The notes beneath the pieces are model-generated. The model made no database searches. It was given only the letters and a program-made list of their open reading frames with translations, and was not told the DNA's origin. A program made the translations under genes and the position numbers. Positions 31,992 through 37,718 of a DNA stretch of 37,718 bases are shown piece by piece. The DNA lies in the NCBI GenBank assembly GCA_043758815.1, contig JAYVMS010000009.1, positions 1 to 37,718 of the forward strand, given 5' to 3'. Origin of the DNA: a bacterium (GTDB lineage: Bacteria > Patescibacteriota > Minisyncoccia > Phycocordibacterales > UBA6899). Position 1 is the stretch's first letter; each line of letters starts with the position of its first letter.

Positions 31992-33764
31992 TCACATTCT
32001 ATCTGGTGCCTCGATTCCAAGCAACCCGAGTCCACACTTAAGGATATGTGACACAGACTGCACAAGTGCGAGCTTGTACGGCTCATCGGGAGCCCCATCT
32101 AAGATTGGGTTATTGGAATAAAATGCATTGAACTCGCGCGCAATCTCGATAAGGTAGGTAGCAACAAAGTGTGGCTCGCGCGCCTCTTGTGCACGCAAGA
32201 CCACCTCAGGAAATCGCAAAATGTACTTGTGAAACGGTATAATCTCGGACGAAGTCATAGCAAGTGCGTTCGCCTTTTTCTCGCCTGCCTTTTTAAGCAA
32301 TGAGCATGTGCGCGCGTACGTATACTGCAAATAAGGACCCGAGTCTCCTTCGAATGAGAGCGACTGTTCGAAGTCAAAGATGATGTCCTTCCCAGACGCC
32401 TGTCGGAGTATGCTGTATTTGATGGCGCCGACTGCTACCATCTCTGCGATGGCGGACTTTTCTTCATCGGTAAAATTTTCATTATTGATCTTTGCTATTG
32501 CTCGTGCTTTTACATTTGCGATGAGCGCTTCTGCGGTTATGACATCCCCTGTGCGTGAGGACATCTTGCCTGTAGGCAAACGCAGCATGCCATGTGAATA
32601 ATGTTCGGTCTTAGGCGCAAGTTCGGGAAATACTTTTGCCATTGCATCGAGCAGCACTCTAAAATAATCATTCACCTCATTGCCGGTAATGATGATTGAC
32701 GTATCGTATGGATACGCGTCGTACTTTATCTGCGCGAGTCCTAGCTCCTTGGCTTCATAGGTTGGCAATCCTTCTTTGTTGATGAACACGCGTGTATGCA
32801 GGCCTTTTGCTTCATCACCCTTGTAGACCACAGCCCCTTCGCTTGTCTCAAATATATCTCTATGCTCTCCAACAACTTTCTTCCCGAACTCACCGGTCTT
32901 CGATTCAAAGAAATAGAAATCAAAAGCTTTTTCTGGTCCGTGGTTTGTACCGAGACGTTTATATATATGCTCAAATTCATTTAGACTCCATTCTTTTCCA
33001 AAACGATAATTGCTACTGATTGGGTTGGGAGAATTTAATTCGTCGCTACTTCCTATTAGTTTATATATTTCTTTATTTATTTTATTTATTGCGTTCTTCG
33101 CGCCCTCGTCTTCCTCGTATGCCCTACTTCCTTCTGCATATACTTTTGGCATATATGCTTCTGCGCCAAACCCTGATACTTCGGCGACATGCGTCCTGAA
33201 CTCACCAGACCCCATGGACTGTCTTATCTGCATAAGTCTCCACACCGCCTTCGCTACGTGCAACCCCACATCTCCTTGATAGCAAGCCCGTTTTGTTTCG
33301 GCGCCTGAGGCTTCGACGAGACGCGAGATTGATTCACCAATTGTATTACTCATGAGATGACCAATATGAAATTCTTTGAACGGATTAGGGTCGGTATATT
33401 CAACGACCACCTTCGTGTTCGCAAGGGTTTCGTTTTTGCCAAACGCATCTGCATTGTCGAGGCTCTCGCTCAGTGCATTCGTAAAAAAGGCATTTGAAAG
33501 TTTGAAGTTAATGAAACCAGGGCCAGCAATGAAGACGTCCGCAATTTCCACGGTGTTCCCCTGCTTTAGCTTGGCGACAATTTCCTCGGCGAGCGCACGA
33601 GGATTCTTGCCGGCAGCCTTTGCCGCTACCATGGCTACGTTGGTAGCATAATCACCGTGCGTGATTTCTGCGGGATGCTCCAGGGAAACTTTTACATTTA
33701 TAACTCCAAGCTCGGCAAGCGCGCCCGTGATAAGTTCTGCCAATTTATCTTCCATCTTTATCAT
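31992..33764 (-). CDS. argS: Arginyl-tRNA synthetase
   Basis: The HIGH-type motif is FHIGHLMSNTIGES and the C-terminal anticodon-binding end is typical (...YLQYTYARTCSLLKKAG). I chose the ATG at 33764 (MIKMEDKL...), preceded by TGTTACTAT plus 6 nt. The track ORF extends to 33803. Confidence 0.95.
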   Translation of the reverse strand: MIKMEDKLAELITGALAELGVINVKVSLEHPAEITHGDYATNVAMVAAKAAGKNPRALAEEIVAKLKQGNTVEIADVFIAGPGFINFKLSNAFFTNALSESLDNADAFGKNETLANTKVVVEYTDPNPFKEFHIGHLMSNTIGESISRLVEASGAETKRACYQGDVGLHVAKAVWRLMQIRQSMGSGEFRTHVAEVSGFGAEAYMPKVYAEGSRAYEEDEGAKNAINKINKEIYKLIGSSDELNSPNPISSNYRFGKEWSLNEFEHIYKRLGTNHGPEKAFDFYFFESKTGEFGKKVVGEHRDIFETSEGAVVYKGDEAKGLHTRVFINKEGLPTYEAKELGLAQIKYDAYPYDTSIIITGNEVNDYFRVLLDAMAKVFPELAPKTEHYSHGMLRLPTGKMSSRTGDVITAEALIANVKARAIAKINNENFTDEEKSAIAEMVAVGAIKYSILRQASGKDIIFDFEQSLSFEGDSGPYLQYTYARTCSLLKKAGEKKANALAMTSSEIIPFHKYILRFPEVVLRAQEAREPHFVATYLIEIAREFNAFYSNNPILDGAPDEPYKLALVQSVSHILKCGLGLLGIEAPDRM

Positions 33765-33860
33765 AAACAGATAGTAACATACGAGCCTTGAAATAGAAGC
33801 CATCTATATAAACAAAAAGCTCGACTGATGTCGAGCGATTGTAAATATTTGTTTTACTAC

Positions 33861-34565
33861 TTAAATAGCCTTGGTGGCTTTGAGAAACTCATATATCTCC
33901 TCATGTACGTCAGCCTTATCACGAAGTGCGTCATCACCATTCATAAGACTGATGATCTTCCAGTTTTCTTTGCGAGCCACCTCAAGATACGCCCCGGATG
34001 AATGTCGCAGATGTTCAATATCTGCTTCGTGGATATCACGCTTCATGCCTTGCGTGTAAGCGCGCGCAGACTTGTTGTCTACAAGCAGCTGCCCCATCTC
34101 AGGAGTGACGTAGAGGAGAATATTGATGTCAGGCATAGGAATACCACGCACCTCGTATTCGTATTCCTTGAGCCACAGAAGAAAGCGCTCACGCTCCACT
34201 CTGTCCGCAATTTTTCCTGCCTGATGTCCCATGTTTGAAGAGACATAACGATTACAAAGCACGATAGCTCCGCGCGCAAGTGCTGCTTTTATTAGAGGGG
34301 CGGCATCGGCTCTATCCTCTGCATAATAGACCGATGCACGGTATGGCCCGACCTCGTCAGCAGTTCCCATTTCGCCACGCAGGTAACGCTCAATGAAAAG
34401 CGCCGAGGGCATTCCATAGCGAGGAAAATCCATCATGACCACATCGCGACCTTCCTTTTGTAGGCGATCGACGAGCATGGCAGTGTGCGTGCCTTTCCCT
34501 GAACCATCGACACCGTCAATGACGGCAAGAACTCCTTTTTTGTCCACCTTTTTATCCATATGCAT
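33861..34565 (-). CDS. tmk: Thymidylate kinase
   Basis: The P-loop is IDGVDGSGKGTH, with DRY-like CNRYVSSNMGHQ. An alternative start ATG at 34559 has better SD spacing (AAGGA). Confidence 0.9.
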   Translation of the reverse strand: MHMDKKVDKKGVLAVIDGVDGSGKGTHTAMLVDRLQKEGRDVVMMDFPRYGMPSALFIERYLRGEMGTADEVGPYRASVYYAEDRADAAPLIKAALARGAIVLCNRYVSSNMGHQAGKIADRVERERFLLWLKEYEYEVRGIPMPDINILLYVTPEMGQLLVDNKSARAYTQGMKRDIHEADIEHLRHSSGAYLEVARKENWKIISLMNGDDALRDKADVHEEIYEFLKATKAI

Positions 34566-34627
34566 CCTTAGTAGAACTTCTTTACAACTTTATATCACAA
34601 ATACCACGACTGTGTAGAGATGTGAGT

Positions 34628-35182
34628 TTATTCGCCATATTTCTTTATGATAGCGTCAAGCGCAGCTTGAAGTTCTGGTATTGTGCCGCTATTGTCAATA
34701 ACCTCGGCTGCGAATGCCTCGAGTTTTGTTATCTCGAGTTCGCTCTCACGCTGATGATCTGCCTCGAATTCAGGATAGGTCTTCGTGCTGTCGTCTGCCT
34801 TCTCGTCACGCTTTACCATGCGCTCGTAGCGCGTACGCATTGGTGCGCTCAAAAATACAAGCTTGAATTCGGGTAGTTCGCGCAGATATTTTACATCCTC
34901 AAGGCGTCGCACCCCATCGATAACCACAAGTTCTGCCTGTGCGCCTTTGGCATCCTGAAACATGACCTTTGCGAGGGTATCTTCACCGAACTCTTTGCGG
35001 AAAAATGTCGATATCTTTTGGAGCGTATCGCGATCATCCTTTAGGTGCATACGATGTGCAACATCAAAAAGTGCCGTGGAAAAACGAAACGTTTCGGCAT
35101 TATATTTGTCTTTCAAATATGCAGCGCAAGTACCCTTACCGCTTGCCATCTCGCCCGTAAATCCAAGTATAAGTTTTTTCAT
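34628..35182 (-). CDS. P-loop nucleotide/nucleoside kinase-like protein (184 aa)
   Basis: P-loop GFTGEMASGKGT and IDGVRRLEDVKYL. It sits between the dCMP deaminase gene and tmk. Confidence 0.75.
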   Translation of the reverse strand: MKKLILGFTGEMASGKGTCAAYLKDKYNAETFRFSTALFDVAHRMHLKDDRDTLQKISTFFRKEFGEDTLAKVMFQDAKGAQAELVVIDGVRRLEDVKYLRELPEFKLVFLSAPMRTRYERMVKRDEKADDSTKTYPEFEADHQRESELEITKLEAFAAEVIDNSGTIPELQAALDAIIKKYGE

Positions 35183-35202
35183 AGCAATCTTAATAAAGCC
35201 TA

Positions 35203-35709
35203 TTATCCTTCAGCATCCATGTCCGAATAAGTTTCCATTTCTTTCGATAACAATTCGAACTTCACTCCTGCTTCGTGAAATATCTCCTTGCTTCGTGCTG
35301 CACCATGATAATCTTTGCCCGCAACGATACGAATGATGCCTGCGTTGATGATCATCTTTGCACAAGCATAACAAGGAGCCATGTGTGTATAGAGCGTTCC
35401 GCCATTAAGCGACACACCGATGCGTGCCGCCTGCACTATAACATTCTGCTCTGAGTGCGTACCTCGCACACAGTGCTGCGACTTTGTTCCATCTGGATGC
35501 TCGACCATGTGGAGTTCATGCCCTGACTCGTCGCAATCTTTTACGCCTGCCGGAGCACCAACATAACCAGTGGTAAGAATGCGCTTGTCGCGGGTCACGA
35601 CACTTCCCGCTCGTCCGCGGTCACACGTTGCGCGGCTACCTACTAGCTCTGCGATCTGCATAAAATATTCGTCCCATGAAGGGCGTTGGTGAGTTTTTTG
35701 CTCGTTCAT
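35203..35709 (-). CDS. Deoxycytidylate (dCMP) deaminase, ComEB-like
   Basis: The zinc motifs HSEQN and PCYACAKMIINAGI are present. The ATG at 35709 (MNEQKTHQRPSWDEYFM) is preceded by TGCTATACT plus 6 nt. The track ORF starts 9 codons earlier. Confidence 0.85.
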   Translation of the reverse strand: MNEQKTHQRPSWDEYFMQIAELVGSRATCDRGRAGSVVTRDKRILTTGYVGAPAGVKDCDESGHELHMVEHPDGTKSQHCVRGTHSEQNVIVQAARIGVSLNGGTLYTHMAPCYACAKMIINAGIIRIVAGKDYHGAARSKEIFHEAGVKFELLSKEMETYSDMDAEG

Positions 35710-35831
35710 ATTCTGAGTATAGCATGCGCCGCACACTCCACGACCGCTTGAATAAGGATAACATTCTTGACCCTAATGTGTAGGAGGTATACCCTGAGAA
35801 GAGACATTTTTTGATATAAAAGAAGCATGCC

Positions 35832-35987
35832 ATGAAATCGCTTCTCATTTTTGCACTTGGTGCAATCGTCGCAACTATTTTTCTCGTCCAGAAACCCGCC
35901 TTCCACGCAGAGCTCCGCGAGAAAAGAAAAGACCTCGCAAAACTTCGCCTCGTTGCCTCAGGTGGTCAAGCCGTCAACCGCAGCTAA
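35832..35987 (+). CDS. Possible 51-aa membrane/secreted micro-protein (below the track cut-off)
   Basis: MKSLLIFALGAIVATIFLVQKPAFHAELREKRKDLAKLRLVASGGQAVNRS*. It has a hydrophobic N-terminal helix and a strong hairpin terminator follows. I found no clear SD. Confidence 0.4.
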   Translation: MKSLLIFALGAIVATIFLVQKPAFHAELREKRKDLAKLRLVASGGQAVNRS

Positions 35988-36012
35988 GCGACGACATGCA
36001 GAATGTACATTT

Positions 36013-36043
36013 AGGTCCTACATCGAACGTAGGACCTTTGATT
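36013..36043 (+). terminator. Intrinsic terminator after the 51-aa ORF
   Basis: AGGTCCTAC atcgaac GTAGGACCT (9-bp stem) followed by TTGATT. Confidence 0.55.
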
Positions 36044-36061
36044 CCAAAATTTACGACTCTA

Positions 36062-36092
36062 AACAAAAACAGACTGGGTTGTCTGTTTTTTG
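36062..36092. terminator. Bidirectional intrinsic terminator; probable end of the nusG-rplK transcript
   Basis: AAAAA-C AACAGAC tgggtt GTCTGTT TTTTG. An A-run lies before it and a T-run after it. Confidence 0.65.
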
Positions 36093-36176
36093 TAAATATG
36101 AGTCTATGTAAAAGGTTTAATTTCGGATGCAATTCGAGGCGACAAGACGAGCGTGTTCAATTGATAAAGGTGCTAT

Positions 36177-36599
36177 TCAGAGCACCTTTATCCCCATGGA
36201 GCGTGCGGTCCCCGCTACGGTCTTCATCGCCGCTTCAACTGAAGCCGCATTGAGATCTGGCATCTTCTTCTCTGCTATCTGACGAATCTGATCTTTGGTA
36301 ATCGCATCCATCTTCTGAGTACCCGGCTTGTTAGCACCCTTGTCCTTTCCGAGTGCCTTTAAAATTAGGCGAGAGACGGGAGAGACTTTGGTGATAAAGG
36401 TAAAGCTACGATCATCGTAGACTGAGATCTCAACAGGGATAATCTCACCCATTTGCTGTGCGGTCGCAGCATTGAACTTCTGTACGAAGTCGCCAATATT
36501 GATACCTGCTTGACCCAAGGCCGGACCTACTGGAGGAGCAGGAGTAGCTTTTCCGCCCGGTATCTGGAGCTTTAATTTTTTTGTTATTTGTTTAGCCAT
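36177..36599 (-). CDS. rplK: 50S ribosomal protein L11
   Basis: [26 protein letters not shown] and [10 protein letters not shown]. Confidence 0.95.
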   Translation of the reverse strand: MAKQITKKLKLQIPGGKATPAPPVGPALGQAGINIGDFVQKFNAATAQQMGEIIPVEISVYDDRSFTFITKVSPVSRLILKALGKDKGANKPGTQKMDAITKDQIRQIAEKKMPDLNAASVEAAMKTVAGTARSMGIKVL

Positions 36600-36816
36600 A
36601 TATTATTTAAAATTGATGATTAGCTAGCAGTAAGTAGAAGCCTTACAGCAACTTGGAACGAGAGGCCGTGCACATATGTGCATATTCCAATGGCATGATA
36701 CTACTGAATTTTACTCAAAAAGGCAAGACGTTCACTGTAAAGCAAAAAACACCCGAGTTAATCTGTATCCCAAATAATGGACACGAATAAACCCCCCTAG
36801 TCGGGCTGCCGTCAGA

Positions 36817-37377
36817 TTAGATCTTCTTAATCTGGAGGAAGTCGAGTTCGACGGGTGTCTCACGTCCGAACATTGGCACCATGACCTTCACGCGGCCTCG
36901 CTCTTCGTCTACCTCGCCAACACGTCCCTCAAGTTCCTTGAACGGTCCATCAGTGATGATGACTGACTCGCCCACAGCGAGATCGATAGTATGCTTCACA
37001 TTCTTCGAACCCATACGCAAAAAGAGAGAGTCTATCTCCTTCTGATCGAGCGGTACGGGCACAACGCCTGCGCCGACGAAGCCGGTGACGCGAGGAGTGT
37101 TGCGAACGACATACCATGAATCAGGGTCGTAGATCATGTTCACGAGTACATAGCCTGGGTAGATCTCTTCTTCGATCTCTGCGCGCTTACCTGCTTTCAT
37201 CTTGATCTTCTTCTCTTTTGGGACGACGACCTCGAAGATCTTGTCTTCCATGCCGAGCGACTCGATGCGCTGCTTCAGATTGCGTACGACCGCATTCTCA
37301 TAGCCTGAGTAGGTGTGGATGGCGTACCATTGGCGCGTTGGAGATGCCTTAGGGGCTGTTGTTTGTTCTTCTTCCAT
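36817..37377 (-). CDS. nusG: Transcription termination/antitermination factor NusG
   Basis: WYAIHTYSGYENAV (NGN domain) and a C-terminal KOW (GESVIITDGPFKELEGRVGEVD). It sits in the secE-nusG-rplK order. Confidence 0.95.
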   Translation of the reverse strand: MEEEQTTAPKASPTRQWYAIHTYSGYENAVVRNLKQRIESLGMEDKIFEVVVPKEKKIKMKAGKRAEIEEEIYPGYVLVNMIYDPDSWYVVRNTPRVTGFVGAGVVPVPLDQKEIDSLFLRMGSKNVKHTIDLAVGESVIITDGPFKELEGRVGEVDEERGRVKVMVPMFGRETPVELDFLQIKKI

Positions 37378-37419
37378 AATTGATAGTTATTTTTTGTTAA
37401 GACTGAGTAGCGTCGTGCT

Positions 37420-37599
37420 TTAGATAAAGCGCTTGAGCACCATGCTGAAAGTGAAGTCGAGAAGACCGAGGAAAAGACCGGTCCCGACCGAAATGATAAG
37501 CACGATGATCGTGTAGTTTATTGCCTGCGATCGTGTTGGCCAGCTCACGTGGCGGAGCTCAGCACGCACGTCACGAAGATAATTAATGAGTGTAGACAT
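37420..37599 (-). CDS. secE: Preprotein translocase subunit SecE (59 aa; not in the ORF track)
   Basis: My translation is MSTLINYLRDVRAELRHVSWPTRSQAINYTIIVLIISVGTGLFLGLLDFTFSMVLKRFI*. It has the canonical E..KV.WP.R motif plus a single TM, immediately upstream of nusG. Confidence 0.85.
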   Translation of the reverse strand: MSTLINYLRDVRAELRHVSWPTRSQAINYTIIVLIISVGTGLFLGLLDFTFSMVLKRFI

Positions 37600-37718
37600 A
37601 GAAGTAAAAAATATAATAACGTGATAGACACCTGTCGCGCGAAAGAGCAGTTTCCTCGAGAAATATAGCTCGGAGGATCAGGACGCCACCTCGGCGTTTC
37701 CCCTAAGAAAAAACGCCC

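Noticed and set aside
37600-37718. A possible tRNA-Trp or rpmG upstream of secE, as in many bacteria, and a 13-codon ORF end at 37678-37718.
   Set aside because: No cloverleaf can be drawn on either strand. The fragment at the window edge is too short to identify. Only two hairpins are visible (GGCGTTT...AAACGCC and CCTCGAG...CTCGGAGG).
1-37718. CRISPR arrays, IS elements, integrases, prophage genes, toxin-antitoxin pairs, reverse transcriptase/DGR, and alternative genetic code.
   Set aside because: No direct-repeat/spacer pattern or recombinase-like ORF was found. Long ORFs end in TAA, TAG and TGA alike (for example adk, map and rplK end in TGA), so TGA is not recoded.

Overview
The window is a compact bacterial chromosome segment, coded almost entirely on the minus strand. 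My hand counts of GC give roughly 45-55% locally. Gene content and order suggest a Candidate Phyla Radiation (Patescibacteria/Parcubacteria-like) genome; this is an inference. S5 is followed directly by L15 with no L30 gene, the ribosomal superoperon is fragmented, genes are tightly packed, and there are many lineage-specific membrane proteins.

Recognisable housekeeping genes, in window order, all on the minus strand:
- ndk (partial)
- map, adk, secY
- rplO, rpsE, rplR, rplF, rpsH, rpsN (type Z)
- an M50 site-2 protease and an MFS-like transporter
- glyQS, recO, ileS, and an IscA/HesB-like protein
- an operon of dCMP deaminase, a P-loop kinase, tmk, argS, two small FtsB/FtsL-like membrane proteins and a second paralogous kinase
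- rplK, nusG, secE

I found no rRNA, tRNA, CRISPR array, transposase or integrase. TGA is used as a stop codon, so the standard code 11 applies.

The parts most worth a second look:
1. A three-gene module at 338-12309 sits where infA/rpmJ/rpsM normally follow map. It comprises a polytopic membrane protein, a soluble VirD4/TraD-like coupling-protein ATPase with an unknown 520-aa N-domain and a P/Q-rich tail, and a 2275-aa giant protein. The giant protein carries a tandem repeat, an HExxH motif, membrane hairpins and a LysM-like segment.
2. The isoleucyl-tRNA synthetase carries a complete, catalytically intact-looking histidine-phosphatase (PGM-family) domain inserted in frame between the two halves of its zinc knuckle.
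3. A self-contained plus-strand orphan cassette (consensus promoter, SD, ORF, terminator) is wedged between secY and adk.
4. TATAAT-like boxes recur 5-9 nt upstream of start codons, which implies leaderless first genes.

All functional calls rest on motif recognition by eye. No database search was run.
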